DNA of 64,000 nucleotides. It comes from Octopus sinensis (lineage: Eukaryota). The notes below the pieces were generated by a model, which did no database searches, had not been told where the DNA came from, and worked only from the letters and a program-made list of their open reading frames with translations. Both the position numbers and the translations under genes were made by a program. Where the stretch lies: assembly GCF_006345805.1 (NCBI RefSeq), contig NC_042999.1, forward strand, positions 85,994,001 through 86,058,000, read 5' to 3'. Position 1 is the first letter of the stretch. Each line of letters starts with the position of its first letter. Below, piece by piece: positions 1-11,930 of the stretch.

Positions 1-357
1 AATATTATTTTCGTAATTCTTTCGTAGGCATTGACTGGCATCGGAAGCGGAAACGGCCGTAAGAATTGTTATGTTACATAAATGCTATGTCATGTTTTGT
101 ATTAAATAATAAGCTATAGATGTTGTCCAATTGATTTGTTTTTTGATCTGAAGTTTTCTCCATTTTCTGATTATTTACACTTGATTCCTGATAAAATTAA
201 GTCTATTCTGTTGTTACCTGTTCTCTATGAGCATAGTGTGTCTGCATACCCATGCCCAGAGATAACACGGGTAACGGATATCGATAGTATATACGAATAG
301 TTTATACCTTAGTCGGTTATTATAACCGTTAACTCTGCTTACCTATATATATATCAA

Positions 358-765
358 GGCCACGGTTTGGCTCCCGTGCCGGTGACACGGGAAAAGCACC
401 ATTCGAGCATGGTCGCTGCTAGCGTCGCTTTACCGGCACATGTGCCGGTGGCACGTGCAAAACAACATTCGAGCGTAGTCGTTGCTAGTACCGCCGGACT
501 GGCTCCCGTGCAGGTAACGCGTAAAAACACCTTTCGATCGTGAACGTGGTCGTTGCCAGAACCGCCTGACTGGCCCGTGGGCCTGTGGCACGTAAAAAGC
601 ACCCGCTACACTCTCGGAGTGGTTGGTGTTAAGAAGGGCATCCAGCTGTAGAAACTTTGCCAGACTAGATTTAGCCTGGTGCAGCTTATGGCTCACCAGT
701 CCTCAGTCAAACCGTCCAACCCATGCCAGCATGGAAAGCGAACGTTAAGCGATGATTATGATGAT
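358..765 (+). mobile_element. Retroposon 3' portion with 66-bp tandem units and an (ATG)n-type tail
   Basis: Units start at 369, 435, 501 and 572. They are followed by gttggtgttaagaagggcatccagctgtagaaac...cccatgccagcatggaaagcgaacgttaagcgatgattatgatg, which resembles RTE-partnered SINE tails (from recall). Confidence 0.55.
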
Positions 766-790
766 ATATGTGTGTGTGTGTATATATATA

Positions 791-984
791 TTCTTTAATT
801 CTTTTATTTGTTTCAGTCATTTGATTGTGGTCATGTTGGAGCACTGCCTTTAGTCGAACAAATCGACACCAGGACTTATTCTTTGTAAACCTAGTATTTA
901 CTCTATCGGTCTCTTTTGCCGAACCGCCAAGTTACGGGAACGCAAACACACTAACATCGGTTGTCAAGCGATGTTGGGGGGACA

Positions 985-1036
<52 letters not shown>

Positions 1037-1270
1037 TACACACACACACACACACTCTCACATACACACATGCGCGCACACACACACACACACACACATG
1101 TACACACTTACAACGGTTCTTTTTCAGTTTCCGTCTACCAAATCCACTCATCAGGTTTTGGTCAGCACGAGGCTATAGAAGACACTTGCCCAAGGTGCCA
1201 CGCAGTGGAACTGAACCCAGAACCATGTAGTTGAGAAGCAAGCTTCTTACCACACAGCCACTCCTGCGCC
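791..1270 (-). mobile_element. tRNA-derived CORE-like SINE (family B) with internal (TG)n microsatellite
   Basis: Minus strand: head ggcgcaggagtggctgtgtggtaag, B-box-like gggttcagttcc, CORE-like gcgtggcaccttgggcaagtgtctt. Near-identical copies occur elsewhere in the window. Confidence 0.85.
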
Positions 1271-1302
<32 letters not shown>

Positions 1303-2216
1303 TGTATGTATGTATGCGTTGTCTCAAGGCTGTATCATGCGCGGAGACATAGAAATAATTGGACTGAATACCCGATCGCGCGGTTAAACCATTGGGAGTG
1401 AAGGACTACTAGCCTTTGTTAGGGCATCCTTCTAGGAGAAGGTAACTCAGGTAACTGGGATAACTCCAACATAAAACCTGCGGCTCAGTGGTTACCGATG
1501 ATGTCGACTTGCTCTTCTTTTCGGATTATGGCTACTGTTGCTTAGTGAGTGGGATTGATTCAGTGCACAGCCTTTCCTCACTTAAAAAAATATCTTCTTG
1601 CACAGGCATTGTACGATAACAACATTGATTAAGCTTCGTGTAATGGCCATACTCGACAACGAGGGGGCAACCACCATGTATGCGTTGCAGTGTTCGTTCT
1701 AGACTTTAACAGGTACATCTCATGGCCGAAGGTCTATCACACTTATGCGAAACTTTTAGTTATGTAGCTTGGTTTGTTCATATGATCATTACAAAGCTGT
1801 ATGTATGTATGTATGGACGGGTGAATGAATAGATGGATGGATGGATGGAGGGAGGGAGGGATGGATGGATGGATGGATACAAATACCCGCACAGACATTA
1901 ATCGTAACGAATGGAAGAAAACCTGTTATATATCAGAGATAGAAAGAATTTAATTCAACTGGAATCAAACTGACTGAAATCTTCAGTTTTAACAAGGAAA
2001 CGATTGCATCATCGTTTTATTGCGGTTTTGTTTCAGTTACCCTAACTTTCTTTACTTTTACTTTCGCCATCCCTTTGCAGTGGAGGCACGTTTTCAAGGA
2101 GTTATGTTCACAAAAAAAAATCCTTTTATTATGACCATTAGAGGATAATACCTTTGGTAAATGCTGCTTAAGGCGATCCCGCATTTTTTGCCTACGATAG
2201 GATTGTATAAAAGACG

Positions 2217-2285
<69 letters not shown>

Positions 2286-2289
2286 GTGT

Positions 2290-2522
2290 GTGTGGATTTA
2301 GCGGTCAAGCACACACACACACACACACGTGTGTGTGTGCTTGACCGCTTAATCCACAAGTTTTTTTATTCGTTCTTTGTTTATTTTCTCTTATTCCTTT
2401 CTGATGAAAAGCGTAGGCTCGAAACGTAAAAGACTTTTTCACTTTCCCGAGCGTTAAACTAATACACCTGCTTGTTGTTCATACACCTGTTTTCGTCTTT
2501 TGCTTTTCTGTAAATTTCACCT
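2290..2522 (+). mobile_element. Short Penelope-like pseudo-LTR derivative with 5' fold-back, between (TA)n tracts
   Basis: Palindrome 2290-2358 (tgtggatttagcggtcaagcac...gtgcttgaccgcttaatccaca). The body is homologous to 23027-23229 and carries a hammerhead motif. Confidence 0.6.
2397..2432 (+). ncRNA. Minimal type-I hammerhead ribozyme motif
   Basis: cttt-CTGATGA-a-aagc gtag gctc-GAAA-c-GTA-aaag: canonical core, stem II with one mismatch, palindromic ACGU stem III, 4-bp stem I. Confidence 0.65.
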
Positions 2523-2544
2523 ATATATATATATATATAGCTTG

Positions 2545-2720
2545 GGGTATGTAGGGATGAGTCGATTACATCGACCTCAGTGTTCAACTGGTACTTATTT
2601 CATCGACCCCGAAAGGATGAAAGGCAAAATCGATCTTAGCGAAATTTGAACTCAGAACGTAGCGACAGGCGAAATATTGCTAAGCATGGCGTCCGACAAT
2701 TCTACAAGCTCGCTGCCTTA
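2545..2720 (-). mobile_element. tRNA-derived SINE family A, diverged copy
   Basis: Contains the family body ggtacttatttcatcgaccccgaaaggatgaaaggcaaa and gaaatttgaactcagaacg (B box on minus strand). Confidence 0.75.
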
Positions 2721-3727
2721 AATCTTAAATAATAATGGTTTCAAATTTTAGCACAATACCACCTTTGAAAGATTAAACAAAATACCTAAAGACATCCCTG
2801 CCTCCTGAGAATGGTTGGTAAGCCATTCGCATTAGTTTTTCTGGTTTGACTCCAAAAGTTGTCGGAACGTGTCTACCACAACTAACAATGCGATTTCAGA
2901 TAGATCCATGTTGATTGTATTATTTCGACAATTTCAGAAGTATAGGGACAGAATGTAACCAACTTACTAAGAATGACTTCTTACAAATTCTCACAGTGAT
3001 TGACTGCACCCATATCTAAACAGTATGTCCTAGGTATGACTTTGAAATGCTTCCGTTACTGGGGCCCTGGTTCGAGAGTTCCAGGGTTTTGAGAAACATT
3101 GGCCCACTTCTTAACCACTATTTCTACCAGGTCTACTCAGACCTAGAGCAATTACACTTGTCAGGGTCCTAGCTATGGGTGAATTAGCAAATAGATAGAG
3201 GTCAGCTGTAGATATGGGACTAAACAGATCCGGACAAAATCACGGGGTTAATCTTTACCAAAGTCTAGCCCTTGGTAAAAATCACAGGATGATGTATGGT
3301 GGATGCTGTATTGAGTCAATGGCGAATACCGCTATATATTGAACGGATAAACAGTCAACAAACTGTCACCGGCCAGGATCAATATGAATTATGCTTGGCT
3401 GTTTTAACGCTTTTAGCCTCATTATCGCCTGTGGTAATGCCGCCAGCGTCTTGGCTTGCTTCATTCAGTAGATTCTGTTAAACTTTGTGACGTGCTATCA
3501 ATTGAGGCACTTGGTGCTGAATTGATGTTTTTTCTTTCTTTCTTCCTCTTTTTGCTTTTGTTCTCTCTTTATACCTTCTTTCTTCGCTTATGTTTGTGTT
3601 TTCTTCGGTTTTGGGTTTGCATATTAATGTGCTTTTGTATTATATGTGTATCATATACATACATGTTATATTCCAATAAAAAAAATATCTGATTAATACA
3701 TAAATAAAACGTTACATATGAATTATT

Positions 3728-3959
3728 TGTTTCTTTATTGCCCACAAGGGGCTAAACATAGAGGGGACAAACAAGGACAGACAAACGGATTAAGTCGATT
3801 ACATCGACCCCAGTGCGTATCTGGTACTTAATTTATCGACCCCGAAAGGATGAAAGGCAAAGTCGACCTCGGCGGAATTTGAACTCAGAACGCAACGACA
3901 GACGCAATACCGCTAAGCATTTCGCCCGGTGTGCTAACGTTTCTGCCAGCTCGCCGCCT
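3728..3959 (-). mobile_element. tRNA-derived SINE family A, full length, with 17-bp TSD
   Basis: Head ggcggcgagctggcagaa, B box gagttcaaattcc. TSD gttacatatgaattatt at 3711-3727 and 3961-3977. Confidence 0.92.
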
Positions 3960-4518
3960 TGTTACATATGAATTATTGGTCCGGACAAGTCGCCCGACTG
4001 AATGATGATGATGATGATGATGATGACTACGACGATAGTGTTATGAAAACCTGCAAAGGGCAGTTGCTATTTAATCCCAAGTTAGTCCTGATCAAGAATA
4101 CCTATGATAAAAAGCGCTCTGGTCGTACCTATCCCGTCTTTGTTTTTTCTTTGAAAAATACTTTAAGATGATAGGATGTAATTTGAGGAAGATTTGATTG
4201 CTATTCCTAGCAACTGGCGACTGCATAGAGGCTCCATCGTTATCGCCTCCATATAACGACCCTCCCACCCTCCCTCCCTCTCTCTGCTCACGACTGATTT
4301 CTATTCTTGGTTTTTACTACTTTTTGCTTCACTGCACGAATTCCTTTGTAAAAAAAGATGAACATTACAACTTCATTTCCCCCATCCCTTCTGTAGTTAA
4401 TAAGGCAGATTACCCATTGATAGGTTCCTCCAATGCTCAAAAGGTCAAGCAATTGACTCCACTTATCTCTACTAGTGCGTGGGATAAATATTTATCTTGA
4501 TGCGCGCGTACGCATTCT

Positions 4519-4563
<45 letters not shown>

Positions 4564-5453
4564 ACACACACTTATATACACAGATACACGCGTACACATA
4601 TACACACGCATGGACGTGCGCGCTCGTGTTCAAGCACATTAAAAGTTGTCTCTTGAATTACGTTAGATCGTTTTCTGACCTTCTTGTTTGCTTCCGTTGT
4701 ATGGCAATATGTAACAAATATATTGAACTGCTTCATCACTGTTGCCTGAATGTCGTGAATTTTGTTATTGAAGAAGGCAGGTTAATTGTCATATCCGCAT
4801 TCTAACAACTAAAATGTTGCCACTAATCTTTATTGATATCACATGTACTGAATTGATGCTGGATCAAATGACTTCCACGAAGTAAGAGTTATTTTTCATT
4901 GTCGCTTAAGGTTTAACGAGGTATTTTATAAATTGAAACAATTTCTTAGCGAATTTCAGGCATTTTACTTTATGTTAATGTTTTTTTTCGAAAAAGATTT
5001 TGTTGAGATTTTATTAGCCCTATTTTTATTAAATTAACGTTTAATATATTAGCTTCTTATCATTAGTTGCGTGGTTAAACACACACACACATGCGCACAC
5101 AACCCCATGTGTGCATAAACACACACACTTACACACACATATCGTTGCTATTATGTTAAACTGCCGTATGTCCAAATTCGGCCAAATGCGTCTTTTCCAG
5201 TATTTATTTTTGCTTTCTATAGCCGGTTCTTTTGGTCAAAATATCGTATCTCCAACTGCTTCAGATGCTAAGATATCAAAAATTGTCAATACATATATAT
5301 ATCCCAGTAAAACAAAGCACCATCAAGTTAAAGTATAAATATAGAATAGTGATTAGTGGTGCAACGATGCACCAATATTTACTGGAAATAGCAGTCGATA
5401 ATATAATGGGGCGCATATATTCCCTCTGGATGAGACGCCGGTCCGCCGCAAGA

Positions 5454-5492
<39 letters not shown>

Positions 5493-5495
<3 letters not shown>

Positions 5496-5850
5496 TTTTA
5501 TGCTGGACCACCGCCTTACAGAATTTTAGTCGAGGAAATCGACCCCAGGACTTATTCTTTGTAAGTCTAGTACTTCTATCGGCCTTTTTTGCCGAACCAC
5601 TAAGTTACGGGGACATAAGCACAACTGCTTCGGTTGTCAAGCGATGGTGGGACAACAAACACGGTCACCCCCCCGCCCCCACACACACGCATATCCGACG
5701 GGCTTCTTTCAGTCTCCGTCTACCAGATCCACTCACAAGGCTTTAATGGGCCTGAGGCTATAGTAGAAGTCACTTGCCCAAGGTTTCCCGCAATAGGACT
5801 AAATCTGGAACCATGTAGTTGGGAAACAAACTTTTTACTACACAGACATA
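5493..5850 (-). mobile_element. CORE-like SINE family B, diverged
   Basis: Colinear with 791-1270 and 25751-26159. Confidence 0.75.
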
Positions 5851-5938
5851 TTTCAATCTACAGAGAAACAGATACATTTTCCCTGTTTATATCTACTACT
5901 ACTACAACAACTACTACAACTACTACAATATATATCTA

Positions 5939-6012
<74 letters not shown>

Positions 6013-6059
6013 CACACACACGCACACAATTCGATGATGAATTCTCACATCAATTCCCA

Positions 6060-7204
6060 TGATAATGAGTTTTCATATCACGTGACTCGCACTTGTGGAT
6101 AGGCATCTCTTCCCTAATAGCAGTGAGCAGATGTAGTGTGGGGACCAAGGAGGCTGGAGGTCTCCACTTTCACAGGCTCGACCAGAAATCTGTCAAAGAG
6201 CCGTCTATACTTTAATATTTTTCCTTCTCGACTAGAGCAGCGAAGCTTGGACTGGTAGCCAAATACACCAGCATGTGACATCCTATTTCTTTATTACCCA
6301 CAAGAGGCTAAACACAGAGAGGACAAACAAGGACAGACATAGGTATTAAGTCGATTACATCGACCCCAGTGCGTAACTGGTACTTAATTTATCGACCCCG
6401 AATGGATGAAAGGCAAAGCCGACCTCGGCGGAATTTGAACTCAGAACGTAACGCAGACGAAATATCGCTAAGCATTTCGCCCGGCGTGCTAACGTTTCTG
6501 CCAGCTCGCCGCCTGTGACATCCGTTATGAGGGGCCTTTCATCGTCGAACGGGAAAATTATCATGCTGCCTGGCCTTATACAGTCTACGCTGTCCAGCCC
6601 CGCTGGCTTGAGCTGGTGTCTTGGCTATGTTTTATGATTTCTTTGAGAGTAATATGGCGTTGAATATGGCATGCACTATAATGGCATGACAATGGGTGGA
6701 AAGAATCTACAATGGATCCTCAGCTGTATTTGTGAGGCTCACAGATCCCGAAGCCAAGCCTCTATCCAGATGATTGTCAGTCGAGAGTAATGGTACTGTA
6801 TTGAGCCAGATACCGCTGTGGAGCTGGAAGGCCGAGCAGAAACATACCAGACGGTGCTGGCCAAGAAGGCGCACCAGCCCGTCTGAGATCATGCTGCATT
6901 GGATGGTGTCCCTTTTTTTTTGGTGGGGGTGGGACAGGACATCCACAAAAAAGGAGAGGGAGATAAACGTCCACGAGGGAGGACGAGGCTGGCTCCATGT
7001 CGCGTAGGTCATCTCGTTCTCCCCGATCACAATAAGTTCAGTTGTGTTGTGGAGAATTCTGTTGGTGAGTACATGGCAAGAGGTCACCGACTTGAAAAAT
7101 ACCGGCAGGGCCAGCGAGACCGGAGACCGGAGGCCGAGTCCACCATATCTGACGGGTAAAGTGGTCTGTTGCCACCCACTGTCGATAAAAACCGGACATT
7201 GCAT
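6060..7204 (-). pseudogene. Decayed CRE-clade non-LTR retrotransposon (RT C-terminus + restriction-like endonuclease)
   Basis: ORF 6707-7204 has WQQTTLPVRYGGLGLRS..LALP and SGIWLNTVP. Downstream frames give PAGLDSVDCIRPGSMIIFPF...ITDVTC and KYRRLFDRFLVEPVKVET, matching the CRE-type REL domain pattern. A SINE splits it at 6284-6513. Confidence 0.7.
6284..6513 (-). mobile_element. SINE family A, full length, with 10-bp TSD
   Basis: tgtgacatcc flanks both sides (about 6275-6283 and 6514-6523). Removing the SINE restores the DVTC reading of the host LINE. Confidence 0.92.
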
Positions 7205-7208
7205 CTCA

Positions 7209-7490
7209 GTGGAGTTGGTAGACGGAAACTGAAACTCTGTGTGTGTGTGTGTGTGTGTGAAAATGTGTGCGTGTGTATCTTTGTGTTTGTGTTGATCCCC
7301 ACTACTGCTTGGTAACTGATGTTGGTTTCTTTTCGTCTCTGTAACTTAGCAGTTCGGCAAAAAGTGTCTGATAGAATAAGTACCAAATTGGGGTCGTTTG
7401 TTTGACTGGGTGTCGTTTGTTTGATTAAACCCTTCAAAATAGTACCCCAGCATGACCACAGTCTAATGACTGAAACAAGTAAAAGATAAA
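7209..7490 (+). mobile_element. CORE-like SINE family B, 5'-truncated
   Basis: ttggtagacggaaactgaaa-(TG)n-...gttcggcaaaaag...atgactgaaacaagtaaaag, the reverse complement of family B copies. Confidence 0.75.
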
Positions 7491-7577
7491 AGTGAATATT
7501 AAATAAGAATTTAAATAAATTAAATTTTAACTAAAATCTTAAAGTTATGTAATAATAATAATAATAATCATAACAGT

Positions 7578-7972
7578 CCTTTCTACTATAGGCACAAGGC
7601 CTGAAATTTGTGGAGAGGGGGTTAGTCAATTACATCGATCCTAGTGTTTCATTGGTATTTAATTTATCGACTCCGAAAAGGAAAGGCAAATTAAAACTCG
7701 GCGAAATTTAAACTCAGGACGTAGCAACGGGCAAAATACCTATTTCTTTATTTCCCACAAGGGGCTAAACACAGAGGGGACAAACAAGGACAGACAAACG
7801 GATTAAGTCGATAATATCGACCCCAGTGCGTAACTGGTACTTAATTTATCGACCCCGAAAGGATGAAAGGCAAAGTCGACCTCGACGGAATTTGAACTCA
7901 GAATGTAGCGACGGGCGAAATGCCGCTAAGCATTTCGTCCAGCATGCTAACGATTCTGCCAGCTCACCGCCT
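7578..7972 (-). mobile_element. SINE family A dimer (full unit + head-less unit with a different tail)
   Basis: Two bodies joined at aaatac|ctatttc (about 7740). Confidence 0.85.
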
Positions 7973-7992
7973 TAATAATGATAATAATAATT

Positions 7993-8192
7993 ATTTCTGC
8001 TATAGGTACAACGCCTGAAATTCTGGGGGAGGGGTAAGTCGATTACATCGACTCTAGTACTCAACTGGTACTTAATTTATCGACCCCGAAAGGATGAGAA
8101 GCTAAGTCGATCTCAGCGGAATTTGAACTCAGAACATAAAGACGGACAAAATGCGGCTAAGCATTATTGCCCGGCGTGCTAACGATTCTGCC
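7993..8192 (-). mobile_element. SINE family A copy
   Basis: Family body and B box; head slightly truncated. Confidence 0.8.
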
Positions 8193-8569
8193 AAATAATA
8201 AATTTTTTTTTATATAATCTTGAATAAACCCGAATATCATAACATACGTTAAGGATTTCGCTTCTCCTATCTTGTATATATTCCACCTTAATAATTTTTT
8301 CTTTAACACTCTTACTCATCCTCTACCTCTTCATTTCTCTATTTTTCCTTCTTATCCATTCTTTTTTTCTCTCTTTCTCTCTGTCTCTATATACGCCAGT
8401 AAATTCTATCGACTATATATAAGTGAGCTGTCCAAGTTTTCAACAACCGCATTATTTCGAGTCCATGTCTGAAGACTTAAAAGTGGGAGACATCCTACAT
8501 TTCTATACATATATGTACATTTCTATTATGATTTTATTATATTTATATTGTTATTAATATCAATAATTA

Positions 8570-8856
8570 TCGGAATCGATAAAATAAGTACCAGTTGAAC
8601 ACTGGGATCAATGTAATCGACTGACCTCTCCTCCGAAATTACTGGCCTTGTGCCAAAATTTGAAACCAGTATCGAAGCAGCGAGCTGGTAGAATCCGTAG
8701 CATGCTGGGAAAATGCTTAGCGGCATTTCGTCCGTCTTTACGTTTTGAGTCCAAATTCCGCCAAGGTCGACTTTGCCTTTCTTTCTCTTCGGGGCCGATG
8801 TCATCAACTTCGACCCCACTCAAAATGTCTGACCCTGTGTCAAAATTTGAAACCAT
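8570..8856 (+). mobile_element. Two adjacent SINE family A pieces
   Basis: A 3' half (gataaaataagtaccagttg...ccttgtgccaaaatttgaaacc) followed by a copy starting gcagcgagctggtagaa. Confidence 0.75.
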
Positions 8857-10130
8857 TGTATTGTACTATATTTTATTTAGAGAGAGGCGAAGAAGTGCGA
8901 ATGAATTTCATTATGCTATAGGTATCTATTTTATCGACTATTTATCGGCAGGAATGAAATAAAAAGATACGGTTGGATTTGAACTAAAAACAGTCTGATC
9001 CAATATATTCAGTGAAGTTTCTACTGCGGTGGTGTACAGTTACATCAATCTGAACCTATTAAGTTTCGTATTTTCTTCTGCATTATAGAAGACAAGATAT
9101 ATTAATGATGGCGTCTTTTCGAATGAGGGATAACATCCCAGAGAAAGTGAAACGGCTTTAAAAAGCAACTCGAAACTTTTTATTGTACGATACTTACATA
9201 TGTCATATATATATTGATTACTTATCTTGATTGAAGGCGGTTCTGAATTGAATGAAGTGGCCTTAGGTTATAACAAATACTTTTTATCGAATTTGGAGAG
9301 ATGAAGGACAGAATGAGCCCCCTATTGGGTTTGAGATAATATTGATATTAAAATAATATTCTTATTCTCTTCAGGCGCTTCAATGAAACATTATACTCTT
9401 CCGTTATAGCTGTATAAACTAACACAATTTTAAGATTAGCAATACCATATGTTTCCAGATAATATTTTAAAATGTATTTTCGATCATCAAATCATAAAAC
9501 CGTTACTTTTTCTAAAATCAGAAATTCAGTCAATTAATGGCAGTATTTTTTCTTATATGAAGAAAACCCGAAGTTCAGCCATGTAAAACAAAACAAAATT
9601 AAATAGAAACAAAATGTGTTGACTCTGTTCCCAGCTGTGTTGGGGCGACCATATGTGAGACTAGTATTTATATTATTACAGATTTACAGATCCTTGTGTG
9701 TATCGTTTTTAAAAAGCTTTTATAAACACAATTTCAGTTCTCTTGGATATTTTTAGTTGCCTGTATGATTGTGCCCGATTGGCGAATTGATAAACAAACA
9801 GATACTTTTGTAATGGTAGGTGGGTATTTCTTTTAAGCAGTAGTGAAAGCCTTTTTAGGGATAATTTACAGCCAGAACAGTATTAGTAACAGAAACAATG
9901 CTTTGTCTTCTTTTCGTTTGGTTTTTAATGTTCATTGTATGTTGTGGATATTTACTCCGTGTGTTTAGGACGGTGAAGATATTGCCAATGATCAAACGCT
10001 GGACATTATCTATTTATCTTAAAGATAATAGATATGGTAGTTTATAATCACCAGACGTTGTTTTTAAGTTATTAAAAATTACACAAAATGCCACAGAAAT
10101 TCCAATCAAGAACATGTTTTATTCTTATTT

Positions 10131-10330
10131 AATACTGATTTAAAAATTTGACACAAGGCCAGCAATTTCGGGGAGTGAGTAAGTCGATTGCATCGACACC
10201 AGTATTCAACTGGCATTTATTCCGACTCCAGAAGGATGAACGGCAAAGTCGACCTCGGTGGAATTCAAACTCAGAACGTAAAGACGGACGAAATGCCGGC
10301 AGGCTAACGATTCTACCAGTTCGCTGCCTT
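10131..10330 (-). mobile_element. SINE family A, diverged
   Basis: Family body plus the tail type ccttgtgtcaaatttt. Confidence 0.75.
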
Positions 10331-10346
10331 ACATTCTTATTTAATA

Positions 10347-10733
10347 CTAGCAGTATCGCCCGGCGTTGCTCAGGTTTGTAAGGGAAATAACTATAAAGCA
10401 TTTTTAGAGAGTTATAGCCAAAAAATAGCAAAAAAATGGAAGAAAAATGATGGTAAATTTTTTTTGAGAGTAAAAAAAGGTTGAGTTGCGTCCCCTAGAC
10501 AGTCTGTGGTTTGTTTTTTTTTTATTCTCGACCCCATGTCGAATTTATCGATTTTTTTCAGAACTGGGGGAACTTTTCAAAATTTTCGCTGCGTTAGTTT
10601 TGAATTATGATATTGGGCTATGTGTGTGTCAAGTTTCATCAGAATCGGTTGAAAGCCGTGGTCAGAGTGAGGGTACAAGCAAACAGACACACAGAAACAC
10701 GCACAGACAAACTGCCGTTTATATAGAGAGAGA
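10347..10733 (-). mobile_element. Non-autonomous Helitron-like element
   Basis: Minus strand starts TC (tctctctctatataaacggcag) and ends with a GC hairpin (cctgagcaacgccggg) then CTAG. It sits between A and T with no TSD. A second copy lies at 58822-59190. Confidence 0.85.
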
Positions 10734-11304
10734 TTGGTTTCAAATTTTGGCACAAGGCCAATAGTTATTTTGGGGGAGGGACCAACTCAATTAAATTGAC
10801 CCCAGTACTCAACTGGTACTTATTTTGTGAAAGGTAAAGTGAACTTCGGCGTAATTTGAACCCAGAACCTAAAGATGGACGAAATACCTGTTTCTTTACT
10901 ACCCACAAGGGGCTAAATACAGAGGGGACAAACAAGGACGGACAAGCGGATTAAGTCGATTACATCGACCCCAGTGCGTATCTGGTACTTATTTAATCGA
11001 CCCCGAAAGGATGAAAGGCAAAGTCGACCTCGGCGGAATTTGAACTCAGAACGTAGCGGCAGACGAAATACCTATTTCTTTATTACCCACAGGGGGCTAA
11101 ACACAGAGAGGACAAACAAAGACAGACAAATATATTAAGTCGATTACATCGACCCCAGTGCGTAACTGGTACTTATTTAATCGACCCCGAAAGGATGAAA
11201 GGCAAAGTCGACCTCGGCGGAATTTGAACTCAGAACGTAGCGGCAGACGAAATACCGCTAAGCATTTCGCCCGGCGTGCTAACGTTTCTGCCAGCTCGCC
11301 GCCT
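10734..11304 (-). mobile_element. SINE family A trimer
   Basis: A full unit (11304-11072) plus two head-less units, joined at gaaatac|ctatttc (about 11071) and gaaatac|ctgtttc (about 10887). Confidence 0.88.
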
Positions 11305-11898
11305 TATTAACTATTAAGGTAGTGGATGTGGCCTAGATAGTAGAGCAATGGAATCAATGTATCCGGGAATTTAGTCTCACTATCTTGCGTACTGAGTTTA
11401 ATTTCTTGTAGGGTTGTTGACTTTCATCAAATTTAAACAAATCCAATCAATTATAACCCATCTCTAAAAGCAAGTGTTATCGTGCCACTTTGTTAATTAA
11501 TAATTAACTCTAAAAAGAACAACTGTGACTGCCTAGAGAGTAAACTGTCTGGAAAAAATGCATTAATACACAAATACATAATACCGACTCACCACCAGCG
11601 TGTGGCTAACAGTGAGTACGCTTCTAAAAGCTGAAATGCATCTGGCGTTCCCGCTAGCTGCAGCTGGGATGAATTTTTATCTTTCTCTGATATTCATTAT
11701 GTTTTTAACATGGTACGTCCATAAGAGATGTTATCTCACGATAGATGCCGCAGTAACTGGTCTATCAACAATATGTATACATTAGGTGTGATACATAAAT
11801 GGCTCTTGTTATTAAATAATCTTTCAGCTGCGTATTGTTGTATTTCGGTATTTCGGGCTGGTCAATTATTCTTTTGGCAAAGTGCGTGTGTTTATTTG

Positions 11899-11930
<32 letters not shown>

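Noticed and set aside
15-67. Possible hammerhead (aattct...GAAACGGCCGTA-agaatt)
   Set aside because: Stem I and a palindromic stem III are present, but no recognisable YUGANRA core follows stem I. At best a decayed copy.
358-600. CRISPR-like repeat array (also 56511-56939)
   Set aside because: The units are contiguous degenerate tandem repeats without unique spacers, the context is eukaryotic, and there are no cas genes.
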